DNA from: Phycisphaerae bacterium
GTDB lineage: Bacteria; Planctomycetota; Phycisphaerae; UBA1845; Fen-1342
Assembly: GCA_050115495.1 (NCBI GenBank)
Contig: JASFQK010000010.1
Location: 64,001 to 128,000, forward strand
DNA: 64,000 nt
Direction: 5' to 3'
Every line of letters begins with the position of its first letter. The first letter of the stretch is position 1. Below, in pieces: positions 1-10,591 of this stretch. Below the pieces are notes generated by a model. It worked only from the letters and a program-made list of their open reading frames with translations. It made no database searches and was not told the origin of the DNA. The translations under genes were made by a program, and so were the position numbers.

Positions 1-2
1 TC

Positions 3-425
3 GGTCTCGACGCCGCCTTCAAGTACCGCGGCTTCTCGCTGTCCGGCGAGTACATGCTGCGCATGCTCGACGTCCGCCGCGCCTGGCGGACGCCGTACGC
101 GCCGCTCTGGCTGCTGACCGGCGACGACTCGACCACGGTCATGCATGGTGCGTACGTTCAGACCGGTTACTTCCTGCCCATCCCCGGCCTCGAGAAGAAG
201 CTCGAAGCCGTGGCTCGCGTCGGCGGGATCTCGACCAACCATGGCCAGCAGGAAGGCACGTGGTTCTACTCGGCCGGCCTGAACTACTACTTGCAGGGCA
301 ACAAGGTCAAGCTCCAGACGGACGTGACCAAGATCTCCGAAGTCCCGATCAGCTCCACGGGCTGGCTGGGCAACGTGAACGACGACGCCCTCATCTGGCG
401 CGTCCAGCTCCAGGTCGCCTTCTAG
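3..425 (+). CDS. Outer-membrane porin (OprO/OprP-like beta-barrel), C-terminal part; 5' end lies outside the window
   Basis: The frame is open from position 3 (GLDAAFKYRGFSLSGEY...). It has alternating amphipathic strands, GLNYY..GNKVKLQTD, and a terminal beta-signal WRVQLQVAF ending in Phe. Confidence 0.75.
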   Translation, partial: GLDAAFKYRGFSLSGEYMLRMLDVRRAWRTPYAPLWLLTGDDSTTVMHGAYVQTGYFLPIPGLEKKLEAVARVGGISTNHGQQEGTWFYSAGLNYYLQGNKVKLQTDVTKISEVPISSTGWLGNVNDDALIWRVQLQVAF

Positions 426-644
426 GCTGATCGCGGAGCCTCCCGCGGTTCGGCCCGCGTGCCGAATCGCCCGACATGCTGACGCTTAGCACGGCGGCCG
501 GCCCTGTGCCGGCCGCCGTTCGTATCCGGCAACACCCGACGGGGCGCTGCGGACGAGCGGGCCGCTTTTGCGTACACTCTGGGCGTCGGGCCGGGCGCTT
601 CGCTGTGGATGGCGGGCGCCGCGGCAGCAGCGCGAGGACCCAAC

Positions 645-2078
645 ATGCCCACCGCAGGATTCGTAACGAAACGTCGCCGGCTGGCCGCCGCGATCGGGTT
701 GGCCGTGTTGTTTGCCGGCTCCGTGGCGATTGCTCAGACCACGCAGCCGGCGAGCGTCCCGGCCGGCATCCCCTTTGCGAACGCCACGTTCGGTTTCGAG
801 ATGATGCTGCCGCCCGGCTGGGTGTACGACCGCGGCATCTTCGCCGGCCCGCAAGGTGCCCTCGGCCTGTTGCGGGGCGAGAGCCAGGGAGCTCGGCAGG
901 CGATGCAGATCCTCGTCTTCCGGCGGGGCGAGATGCCGCCCTTCGGTGACTGGGTGCGTGTCTTCGAGGAGGAGCTGACCGAACTGCACAAGCCGCATCC
1001 GCTCCGCCACGCCGAATGGAAGGGCCTCGATCGCCCGGCGGTGCTGCTGACCGTCGATCCGGTCGTCGCCGGCCGACGGACCATCACGCGCTACCTGTGC
1101 GTCTCGTTCGATCCGAACACCGTGTGGGTGCTGGTGGTGGCCGGCGGTGTGGACGAGGAGGCCGAGGCCGAGGCGCTGGAGTCCTTCTTCAAAACCCTGG
1201 CGGCCACGGTGCACGTCAGCTACGACGCCAATGACGTGCAGGCGGTGGCCGCGGCGCTGAAGCGCGGCATGGCCGTGCTGGAAGAGCTGCGGAGCGGGGC
1301 GGCCGGCGTCGAGGTTGACCCGGCCGAGCACTACTACGAGATGACCATCGACGGGCAGCCCGAGGGGTACATGATGCGCTGGATGCGGCGCGAGTCACAG
1401 GGGCTCGACGATCCGCGCTTCGACGACCGGCACAAGGAAGGGCTGCGCGTGCACGAAGAGTCCTGGAGCTTCGCCGAAGACGGGACCGTGCGCAACTCCG
1501 AGCTGAACCTCTTCAGCAGCCTCGACTTGCGCAGCGAGTTGATCGAGAACCGCCTCACGCAGGTGCCGGCCCCCGACGTGCAGTCGCAACGCCTCTACAT
1601 CGAACTCGACCAGTGCGTGCGTGAGGATACGGTCCTGTTCTCCAGCTTCAGCACGAACCTGACGCTGGCCTTGCCGGAGCCGCGTCGCCCGCTGCCGGTC
1701 GGGCAGGCGTATCTGGACCTAGCCTGGGCTCGTTGTCTACCGCGCCTGCTGCTGAAGGCGCCGACCGAGTCGTACGCGTTCTGGATCTACGACACGCGCA
1801 CGCGGGCGCTGACCATTCATCGCATCCAGCAGCGCGGCCCGGGCCTGGTCCCCGGCGGCAGCGGACGTCCGGGCTATGTCTTCGAGGTGCGTGAGGGCTT
1901 CGCCGCCGAACCGAGCCTCGTCTACACGGATGCTCGCGGGCAGGTCGTGCGGATGGAGATCGGCGGGTTGGTGCTGACGGCCACCGATCGCGAGCAGATC
2001 GACCGGCGTTACGGCGAGCGACGCGAGGCAGCCCGGCAGCGGATGATACCGGCGGCTACCCGTCAGCCCGCACCGTAA
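645..2078 (+). CDS. Hypothetical secreted protein
   Basis: ATG at 645 follows a GAGGA RBS. Signal peptide (RRRLAAAIGLAVLFAGSVAIA|Q) is followed by TTQPAS. No family recognised. Confidence 0.75.
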   Translation: MPTAGFVTKRRRLAAAIGLAVLFAGSVAIAQTTQPASVPAGIPFANATFGFEMMLPPGWVYDRGIFAGPQGALGLLRGESQGARQAMQILVFRRGEMPPFGDWVRVFEEELTELHKPHPLRHAEWKGLDRPAVLLTVDPVVAGRRTITRYLCVSFDPNTVWVLVVAGGVDEEAEAEALESFFKTLAATVHVSYDANDVQAVAAALKRGMAVLEELRSGAAGVEVDPAEHYYEMTIDGQPEGYMMRWMRRESQGLDDPRFDDRHKEGLRVHEESWSFAEDGTVRNSELNLFSSLDLRSELIENRLTQVPAPDVQSQRLYIELDQCVREDTVLFSSFSTNLTLALPEPRRPLPVGQAYLDLAWARCLPRLLLKAPTESYAFWIYDTRTRALTIHRIQQRGPGLVPGGSGRPGYVFEVREGFAAEPSLVYTDARGQVVRMEIGGLVLTATDREQIDRRYGERREAARQRMIPAATRQPAP

Positions 2079-2084
2079 CCGTCC

Positions 2085-3440
2085 TTACCGGCGCGTTCTC
2101 ACCGACACCGTCCAGACGAACGGCGGATCGGCCTGGAGGCGGACGCCCTCCAGCAGCACGCGGTCCGGCGGTGTGGTCTGTTCGAGGGTTAGTCCCACAT
2201 CGTCCAGGCTGGCCGCCGTCACGCGATCCAGCCGGAGAATCACGTCTCCCGGTTGCAGGCCGGCGTCGTCCGCGGGGCTGTTCGCCTCGACGTCCTCGAC
2301 GATCAGGCCCATGTGCGCCGGCAGGTCATAGTGGCGGCGCAGGCGGGCGGGGATGGGGCCCAGTTCCACGCCGATAAGCTGGCGGGCCAGCTTCTGGCCG
2401 TCGGGCAGGGGGATGGCTTGGAGCGGCACCGTCGCGGTCACGTCCTGGTCGCCGCGGTGAACGGTGAGCTTGACCTCGGCGCCGGGGTTCTTGGCCAGCA
2501 GATGCACGTAGTAGTCGATGCCGTCGCGCACGGTGTCGCCGTCGAACCGGGCGATGCGGTCGCCGGGCTTCAGGTCGGCGGCGGCGGCCGGGCTGTCCGG
2601 ACGCACGGCGACGACCCTGGCGTCTTTACCGGCCACTTGCAGGCCGAAGCGCACCCGCGCGTGTCGCTCGACGTCGAGCATGGCCGGCAGCAGCTCCCAC
2701 AGGGCGTCGACCGGGATGGCGAAGCCGATGTTCTGGGCGTCGCCGCGAATCGCCGTGTTGATGCCGATCAACTCGGCGTTGACGTTGAGCAGGGGGCCGC
2801 CGGAGTTGCCGGGGTTGATGGAGGCGTCGGTCTGGATGAGGTTGCGGTAGGTGGTGTCGCGGTTGAATTCGAGGTCGCGGTGCAGGGCGCTGACGATGCC
2901 GGCGGTGACGGTGTGCTGGAGGCCGAGCGGGTTGCCGATGGCGACGACGGTCTCGCCGACCATGATGTCGCTACTGCGGCCGAGCTTCAGGGCGGGCAGC
3001 GGGCGGTCGCCGTCGAGCTTCAGGACGGCGAGGTCGTGCTCAGGATCGACGGCGACGATATCCGCCGTCTTCGTCCGGCCGTCGGCGAAGGTCACCCGCA
3101 CGTCCGAGGCCTGGGCCACGACGTGGGCGTTGGTGACGATGTAACCGCTCTCGTGCACGATGGCACCGGAGCCGACGGACTGCACCCGCTGGTCCCGCGT
3201 ACGCGGCAGCGCGAAGTCGAAGGGGTCGTCAAAGGGCGAGTGCCGGCCCAGGGAGCGCATGCGGATGACCCGCGTCGTGCTGATGTTTACGACGGCGTCA
3301 CGCGATTTCTCGAAGACCTCGACGACGGGCGAGCGGCGGCGGTCCGGGTCGGCGGTCCGCGACGATGTAACGCCCGCGGTCAGCAGGACGGTGGCGGCCA
3401 GAACGAATACGGTTCGGCGGTGGGCATGGTTCATAAGCAT
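2085..3440 (-). CDS. HtrA/DegP-family trypsin-like serine protease with two PDZ domains
   Basis: TNAHVV (His), DLAVLK (Asp) and IQTDASINPGNSGGPL (Ser) motifs; two SPA..AxLxPGD PDZ motifs; signal peptide. Confidence 0.95.
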   Translation of the reverse strand: MLMNHAHRRTVFVLAATVLLTAGVTSSRTADPDRRRSPVVEVFEKSRDAVVNISTTRVIRMRSLGRHSPFDDPFDFALPRTRDQRVQSVGSGAIVHESGYIVTNAHVVAQASDVRVTFADGRTKTADIVAVDPEHDLAVLKLDGDRPLPALKLGRSSDIMVGETVVAIGNPLGLQHTVTAGIVSALHRDLEFNRDTTYRNLIQTDASINPGNSGGPLLNVNAELIGINTAIRGDAQNIGFAIPVDALWELLPAMLDVERHARVRFGLQVAGKDARVVAVRPDSPAAAADLKPGDRIARFDGDTVRDGIDYYVHLLAKNPGAEVKLTVHRGDQDVTATVPLQAIPLPDGQKLARQLIGVELGPIPARLRRHYDLPAHMGLIVEDVEANSPADDAGLQPGDVILRLDRVTAASLDDVGLTLEQTTPPDRVLLEGVRLQADPPFVWTVSVRTRR

Positions 3441-3690
3441 CTTCCTATCGTGCCGGTCCAGGCCGTGCTGACTCCCCCGGCCGGCCCGGTCGGTCTGATT
3501 TTATGGCGGCGGCCCGGGTGGCGGCACCGCCGGACGGGCCCTTTCCAAGTCCGTGACGGCCATTGTCGCCCATTGCTGTCAAAAAGCGCTCCCGGAGCCC
3601 CCTGGCCCGCGGCTTGCCGGGGCCGGTCAGCCGTGGCATAATGTTCGGTTCTGATTCATTGACATTCGTAACGTCATCGGGAGCTTGTGA

Positions 3691-4422
3691 ATGGGAGCAA
3701 CGCTCGAAGCCCTTCTGGAACTACAGGACGTCGAGCTTCAGATTGTTGATATACGCCGGCAACTCGCCCAGAAAGAGCGGCTCGTGCGGCGGCAGTCGGC
3801 CAAGCTTGAAGCGGCGCAGGCCAAGCTCGCCCAGGAACGCAGCGTACTTCAGCGCAATCAGATCGAGATAGACGAGCTCGACATGGACCTCAAGGGCCGC
3901 TCGGCCCAGGTCACGCGTCTCCGCGAGCACCTCAACTCCGTCAAGACGAACAAGGAATACGCGGCCGTTCTGGCACAGCTCAACAACGAGAAAGCGGACG
4001 CCAGCCGTCTCGAAGCCCGGGCTCTGCAGATGATGGAGGGGCTTGAGTCGCAGCGTCAGGCGGTGGCCGAGTGTGAGCGCGAGGAGCAGGAGGGGGCGGC
4101 CCGTCTCGGCGATCTGAAGTCCCAGTCGGCGCAGTCGCAGCGTACGTTTTCGGAGAAGCTCGAGGAATTGCAGGGCCGTCGGAAGCGCTGTGCAGAGGCT
4201 CTGCCGCGGGAGACGATGTCCCTGTTCGAGCGGTTGTCGGAACGCTACGAGGGCGAAGTACTGGCTCGCATCGAGCGGACGCATCCGCGGCGGGACGAGT
4301 TCACGTGCGGCGGGTGCCACATGACGCTCTCCGCGGAGACGGCCAACGCAGCCCTCACGCGGGACGACGTGCTCCAGTGCCAGAACTGCGGGCGCATTCT
4401 GTATATCTTGAAAGGCACGTAG
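3691..4422 (+). CDS. Coiled-coil protein with C-terminal C4 zinc ribbon (DUF164/CT398 family)
   Basis: LLELQDVELQI start, long coiled coil, KTNKEY, CGGCHM...CQNCGRILY. Confidence 0.9.
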   Translation: MGATLEALLELQDVELQIVDIRRQLAQKERLVRRQSAKLEAAQAKLAQERSVLQRNQIEIDELDMDLKGRSAQVTRLREHLNSVKTNKEYAAVLAQLNNEKADASRLEARALQMMEGLESQRQAVAECEREEQEGAARLGDLKSQSAQSQRTFSEKLEELQGRRKRCAEALPRETMSLFERLSERYEGEVLARIERTHPRRDEFTCGGCHMTLSAETANAALTRDDVLQCQNCGRILYILKGT

Positions 4423-4430
4423 GCGGGCGC

Positions 4431-5258
4431 GTGGGTTTGATCATCCATGTCGACGGGGGCTCGCGGGGTAACCCGGGCCCGGCCGGCGCCGGCGTCCGCA
4501 TCGCCGCCGCCGACGGCACGCTGATCTTTGAGGGGGCGTATTACCTCGGTCGCCAGACGAACAACGCCGCCGAGTACCACGCCGTCATCCGCGCCCTGAC
4601 GCGGGCGCAGCAGTGCGGGGACCCGCAGCTCACGGTGTTCTCGGATAGCGAGCTGCTCGTGCGGCAGATCACGGGGGAATACGAGGTCAAGAGTCCGAAT
4701 CTCATCCAGCTCTACCGGCAGGTGCAATTGCTCCTGCTGCGCGTGCCAAACTGGAGCTTCCGGCACGTTCGGCGGGAGGAGAACACGCGGGCGGACGAGC
4801 TGGCGAACCTGGCGATGGATCGGAAGCGCGACTCGGTCGTCTACGACGCCGCCGGCGAATCCGGGAACGGTTCCAGCTCGGATGCCGAGGCGTCGGTGGA
4901 CGACGACGATGTACCGGCGCCGGCGTCTGAAGACGTGTCCGATAACGACATCATTGGGCCGGAAGAGCGGGCCGTGAGCATTACGGTTGCCCGGTCGCCG
5001 AAGGCGGGGGCCTGTCCGGCGGGGCTGGGCAAGGGCGAGTTCGTGGTGCAGGCGACGCTGCCGGCGGGGATGTGCGTGCACGCTGCCCACGCCCTGTTGC
5101 CGACGGTGTTGGCCATTCTCAATACGGACGCCGAGGAGTTCGCCGCCGTCCCGACGATGACGGTGCGCTGTGGCCGGCCGGGTTGCGGCGCGACGTTTCA
5201 AGTCTCGGCGGTCAGGTCGCCGAATGGGCGGGGACACCGAAAGCGCAGGAAGCCCTGA
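4431..5258 (+). CDS. rnhA: Ribonuclease HI (RNase_HI_like) with acidic linker and Cys-rich C-terminal domain
   Basis: GTG start. Catalytic motifs VDGGSRGNPGPAG, TNNAAEY, FSDSEL and ENTRADELAN are present. It follows the DUF164 gene, a known gene neighbourhood. Confidence 0.85.
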   Translation: MGLIIHVDGGSRGNPGPAGAGVRIAAADGTLIFEGAYYLGRQTNNAAEYHAVIRALTRAQQCGDPQLTVFSDSELLVRQITGEYEVKSPNLIQLYRQVQLLLLRVPNWSFRHVRREENTRADELANLAMDRKRDSVVYDAAGESGNGSSSDAEASVDDDDVPAPASEDVSDNDIIGPEERAVSITVARSPKAGACPAGLGKGEFVVQATLPAGMCVHAAHALLPTVLAILNTDAEEFAAVPTMTVRCGRPGCGATFQVSAVRSPNGRGHRKRRKP

Positions 5259-5260
5259 GC

Positions 5261-5821
5261 TTACTTCGTCCAGCCGCCGGCGCGTTGGGCCAGTTGCTTG
5301 ATGTGCCGCTCGACGGACGCCTGGACCTCGGCCATGGCGGCGGCGGCGTGGTCCCATCCCTCGGACTGGATTTCCACTCCTTCGAGCTGCTTGTACGTCA
5401 GGAAGAAGTGCTCGACCTCGCGCAGGTAGTGCTTGGGCACATCGGCCAGGTCGCGGACGTGCTCGAAGAGCGGGTCGGAGTTGGGCACGCCGAGGATCTT
5501 GTAGTCGTTGACGCCGCGGTCCTTCATGCGGAACAGACCGACGACGTGGGTCTCGATGAGGCAGCCGCTGAAGGTCGGCTCGTTGACCATGACGATGACG
5601 TCGAGGGGGTCGCCGTCCTCGGCGAGCGTTTGGGGGATGAAGCCGTAATCGCCGGGATAGTGGCTGGAGGAATAGAGGTAGCGGTCGAGACGCATCAGGC
5701 CGGTGACCTTGTCGACCTCGAACTTGCTGCGGCGACCCTTGGGGATCTCGACGATGGTATTGACGACTTCCGGCGGTCTGGCGCCGGCGGGAACATGCAT
5801 GTAGGGGGCGCGATCGGGCAT
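5261..5821 (-). CDS. ppa: Inorganic pyrophosphatase (family I)
   Basis: EIPKG..KFE, YPGDYGFIPQTLAEDGDPLD, HFFLTYKQLEG. Confidence 0.97.
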   Translation of the reverse strand: MPDRAPYMHVPAGARPPEVVNTIVEIPKGRRSKFEVDKVTGLMRLDRYLYSSSHYPGDYGFIPQTLAEDGDPLDVIVMVNEPTFSGCLIETHVVGLFRMKDRGVNDYKILGVPNSDPLFEHVRDLADVPKHYLREVEHFFLTYKQLEGVEIQSEGWDHAAAAMAEVQASVERHIKQLAQRAGGWTK

Positions 5822-6061
5822 CGGCGCGGTTCTCCCGGGCTCGCTATGCATCGAGGCTAGGAGCCGGACCGCAGGCTGTCAAATCGGTCCGCCAGCATGG
5901 CCTCCACGGCGCTCTCGCGGGCCCGTACCGGGCCCCGCGTGCCAGCCGTTCACTTCTTCATTACAATGCTTCCCTTCCGTGCCACGCCCCGGACGCGGCG
6001 ATCCGAGGGCACACTCCGGTGCGGGGACAAGCTCAGTTACGCCGGCTGGAAAGGAACAACC

Positions 6062-7624
6062 ATGGCAGTCGTATTGGACGGGAACTCGCTCTCGATCGAC
6101 AAGGTAATCGCGGTGGCCCGGGAGTGGGCTCCGGTCAGCATATCCCCCGAGGCCCGCGAGCGCGTGCAGCGCTCCCGGGCACTGCTGGAGAAGCTCGTCG
6201 CCGAGGATGTGGCCATTTACGGCGTAACGACCGGCATTGGCGAACTCGCCCGCGTCCGCATCTCCCCCGAACAGAGCGCCGAGCTCAGCCGGCGGATCGT
6301 GTACAGCCATTCCGCCGGCACCGGCGACCCGTTCCCGGAGGATTCCGTACGGGCGGCCATGCTCCTGCGGGCCAACGTGCTGTCCAAGGGCTGCTCCGGC
6401 GTGCGCGTGCAGCTCATCGAGACCGTCCTCGACATGATCAACAAGGGCGTCGTGCCGTACATCAACGAGAAGGGCTCGCTCGGCGTCAGCGGCGACCTGT
6501 CGCCGATGTCGCAGTTCGCCGAGGTCGCGCTTGGCGAAGGCCGGGCTTTCTACAAGGGCGAGCTCATGACCGGCGCCGACGCCATGAAGCGCGCCGGCGT
6601 CAAACCGACCAACCTGACGTACAAGGAGGGGCTCGGGCTCATCAACGGCTCGCAGATGATGACTGGCGGGGCGGCGCTGCTGTGCTACGACGCCGAACGC
6701 GTCATCAAGAACGCCGTGATCGCCGCGGCCATGACCTTGGATGCCCTGCGGGCGGTCGAGCGGGCGTTCGATCCGACCGTGCATCGCGCCCGCGGCTTCG
6801 CCGGGCAGTGCGCCGTCGCCGCTAACCTGCTGCGTCTGTTCGAGGGCAGCGAGATCATGGCGGACAAGACGGGCAAGGTGCAGGACGGCTACAGCATGCG
6901 GTGCACGCCGCAGGCGCAGGGCCCGACGCTCGAAGTGCTGGAGTACGTGCGGAACGTCGTGCACACGGAGATGAACGCCGCCGCCGACAACCCGCTGTTC
7001 TTCCCCGATGAGGGCAAGTACTTCGCCGCCGGCAACTTCCACGGTCAGCCGGTGGGCATGGCGGTCGACTTCCTGTGCATCGGCCTGGCGGAGCTGGCGG
7101 ATCTGTCCGAGCGGCACACGAACCGCATGCTCAACCCCGTGCTGTCCGGCCTGCCCGACTTCCTCATCGAGGGCAACGGGCTCAACTCAGGCCTGATGGT
7201 CGCCCAGTACACCGCCGCGGCGCTGGTCTCCGAGAACAAGGTGCTCTCGCACCCGGCGAGCGTGGACTCCATCAGCGTCTCGGCCGACCAGGAAGATCAT
7301 GTAAGCATGGGGCCGATCGCGGTGCGGAAGTGTGGCGAGATTCTGCGGAACGTCCGGGCCGTGCTGGCGATCGAGATGATGGCCGCGGCGCAGGCCATGG
7401 ACTTCTACGGCGGCAAGCGGCCGGGGCGGGGCACTGCGGTCGCGTACAAGCTGATCCGCGAGAAGGTGCCGTTCATGAAGGACGACCGGGTGATGTACCC
7501 GGACATCGAGGCGATCCGCCAGCTCATCGCGTCGAACAAGATCGTCGAGGCAGTTGAGGCGGAGATCGGCCCGTTGCAGATGGCCCGCGACCTGGACTTG
7601 CCGCGGCCGAACGTCGGGCAGTAG
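6062..7624 (+). CDS. hutH: Histidine ammonia-lyase (MIO-dependent aromatic amino acid lyase)
   Basis: YGVTTGIG, YSHSAGTG (HAL Ser-His), GSLGVSGDL, KEGLGLING, QDGYSMRC, DNPL, GNFHG, QEDHVSM. AAGGA RBS precedes ATG 6062. Confidence 0.88.
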   Translation: MAVVLDGNSLSIDKVIAVAREWAPVSISPEARERVQRSRALLEKLVAEDVAIYGVTTGIGELARVRISPEQSAELSRRIVYSHSAGTGDPFPEDSVRAAMLLRANVLSKGCSGVRVQLIETVLDMINKGVVPYINEKGSLGVSGDLSPMSQFAEVALGEGRAFYKGELMTGADAMKRAGVKPTNLTYKEGLGLINGSQMMTGGAALLCYDAERVIKNAVIAAAMTLDALRAVERAFDPTVHRARGFAGQCAVAANLLRLFEGSEIMADKTGKVQDGYSMRCTPQAQGPTLEVLEYVRNVVHTEMNAAADNPLFFPDEGKYFAAGNFHGQPVGMAVDFLCIGLAELADLSERHTNRMLNPVLSGLPDFLIEGNGLNSGLMVAQYTAAALVSENKVLSHPASVDSISVSADQEDHVSMGPIAVRKCGEILRNVRAVLAIEMMAAAQAMDFYGGKRPGRGTAVAYKLIREKVPFMKDDRVMYPDIEAIRQLIASNKIVEAVEAEIGPLQMARDLDLPRPNVGQ

Positions 7625-7665
7625 CAGAATGTGGCACCGGCGCTCAGTGGCCGGTGTTGACGTCG

Positions 7666-7720
7666 AGGAAGGGGACTGGCTCCGCAGTGCGAAGCGCTCG
7701 CGGTGCTGGTCCCCTCCTTC
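7666..7720. repeat. REP-like palindrome, family A (GGGGACTGGCTCC...GGTGCxxGTCCCC), copy 1
   Basis: Imperfect inverted repeat between convergent hutH and the phosphatase gene. The same arms occur in reverse orientation at 50553 and 57620. Confidence 0.75.
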
Positions 7721-7723
7721 GCG

Positions 7724-9172
7724 CTAGCGCACCCAGCGGCCTTCCCACATGCTGGCGGCGTTGAAAACGTTCAGGCTGGCGCCGTCGCTGATCATGAGGA
7801 TGATGTTCCTGGCACCGCTGTTGCGCATGATTGTGAAGATGTCCGTGTTGTCGAGGTAGCGATCGATCCCCCAGTGGACCCGGGCGGTCTCGTCAGTGCC
7901 GTCGAGCAGCTTCGCCGCGGCGGCAGCGCCGGCACCACGGATGTAGAAGGGCACGAGGCAGTGCGTGTGGCCGCCGGAGTAGTGCCGCATGCCGGGCAGG
8001 TGACCTTCACCTTGATCGACGATGTCGTCAAACGGGACGGTGTCGGCGTTCGGTCCCCAAACCATGCCGCAATCGTGGTCGGACGTGACGATCACGAGCG
8101 TCTCGTCCCAATTGCTGTGGGTCTCGACCCACTTGCACACCGCTTCGACCGCACGGTTGAAGTCCATTTGCTCTTCGATCATGCGTGCCGGCTGTCTGGC
8201 GTGGTTGGCCCAGTCCACGGCGCCGCCCTCGATGAGCAGGAAGAAGCCGTCTTCGTCGGCATCGAGGATGTTCAGGGCGCCGCGCGTCATGAGTGCGAGC
8301 GTCGGTACACCTTCGTTCAGCGGGTCACCCTGTGAACCGCGGCTCGGGTCGTGGACCGGCGAAGAGCGGGCGTCGTCACCGTCGATCTTCCCGTCGCCGT
8401 TCCAGTCGGCCGTGGGTGTGCGGCGTCCCTGCAGCGTGTCGCTGACCTGCGGGCAGCCGAGGAAGTGGCCGGTGGGATCGCCGGTGGTCAGGGCCTGGAA
8501 CTCGGCGAGGGTCTGGCGGAGCTGCCAGCGGCCGGGGTGCGTGCCGGCTTTGAGCTGTGCCCAGGTATCGGCGCCGCCGACGTACTTGGGGTCGCGCTCG
8601 GCGGGGTGGCCGTCGTTGTCGAAGCCCGGGTTGCCGCAGCCCATGATGACGTCGAGGACGTCGCCGTTGAGCATTTCGTTGGCGATGGCTTCGTAGTTGC
8701 CGCGTTTGACGTTGTGCGCGTTGGACATGCCGGCCGGCGTGGCGTGGCTCCACCACACGGTAGAGATCGTCCCGGTTGCCTTGCCCACGCTGCGGGCCCA
8801 CTCGACGATGGTCGGCTTGATGGCCTCGTCCTTGTCGCTCCAGTTGATCGCGCCGACGTAGGTCTTCTGACCGGTGGCCATGGCCGTGATGGCCGCCGCG
8901 GAGTCGGTGCAGCCGGACTTGAGCCATTCGTAACCGCGGAAGCCGGACTCCGTCGGCGTCGCGTCCCAGGCCAACGCCGGGTCGTACACGACGGCTGGAT
9001 CCTGCGTGCCCTTGCCACTCGGTTTGCTCGACGGGTTCAGTGGGTACGTCGTGCAGCCGTACCTGACCCAGCCGGGGCCGTCGTACACCTGTGTGCTGTG
9101 ACCGCCGGCCAGGGCGGTTGCGGTGATGGCGGATACGGTTAACAGGACGAGGGCGGCAGTGGTACGGTTCAC
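7724..9172 (-). CDS. Alkaline phosphatase family protein (secreted), apparently circularly permuted
   Basis: TDSAAAITAMATG (catalytic Ser), HATPA, IEGGAVDWANH, TSDHDCG and HT motifs. The NIILMISDG motif is at the C-terminus. Confidence 0.9.
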   Translation of the reverse strand: MNRTTAALVLLTVSAITATALAGGHSTQVYDGPGWVRYGCTTYPLNPSSKPSGKGTQDPAVVYDPALAWDATPTESGFRGYEWLKSGCTDSAAAITAMATGQKTYVGAINWSDKDEAIKPTIVEWARSVGKATGTISTVWWSHATPAGMSNAHNVKRGNYEAIANEMLNGDVLDVIMGCGNPGFDNDGHPAERDPKYVGGADTWAQLKAGTHPGRWQLRQTLAEFQALTTGDPTGHFLGCPQVSDTLQGRRTPTADWNGDGKIDGDDARSSPVHDPSRGSQGDPLNEGVPTLALMTRGALNILDADEDGFFLLIEGGAVDWANHARQPARMIEEQMDFNRAVEAVCKWVETHSNWDETLVIVTSDHDCGMVWGPNADTVPFDDIVDQGEGHLPGMRHYSGGHTHCLVPFYIRGAGAAAAAKLLDGTDETARVHWGIDRYLDNTDIFTIMRNSGARNIILMISDGASLNVFNAASMWEGRWVR

Positions 9173-9528
9173 GCTTCTGTCTCCGATCCTGGGTTCAGCC
9201 GCGGTGCGTGTCGGCGGTCGTGGCGGTTACGCCGTGCTCGCCCGAAGCACTGAGGCTGCGTCGGTTCTCACTGAGTGAACCTGCCCCGCACTGGTCACCT
9301 CAACCGGCAAACCACGTCCGGCGGCCAGCCCGCGCGTTGCGGCCGGCCGCACCAGGTCACCGGGCAGAACCATATAGATACGTCGAGGTTGTTTCAAGCA
9401 CATCAAGCCGCCGCGAAAGCCCCGCCAAGATCGTGTTGCCGTTGACCGCCGTCGCCGTCAGCGCGGCGCCGGAACGTCCATCCGGCTTGTACCGCAGAGC
9501 GGGCCCGCAACCGTCGGCGTGAGGCCGA

Positions 9529-10545
<1,017 letters not shown>

Positions 10546-10591
10546 CTATGGAGCCGTCGGTCGAAAGGGGCCCCGCGGGCCGCGACGGCTG

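Noticed and set aside
5258..5261. rnpB expected after the DUF164 + RNase HI pair, as in some bacteria
   Set aside because: ppa ends immediately there, leaving no room and no RNase P motifs.
9173..9528. Intergenic imperfect palindrome (GGTTCTCACTGAGTGAACC) and short GGTCACC repeats upstream of the phosphatase gene
   Set aside because: No clear Pho box or riboswitch; too weak to call in GC-rich DNA.
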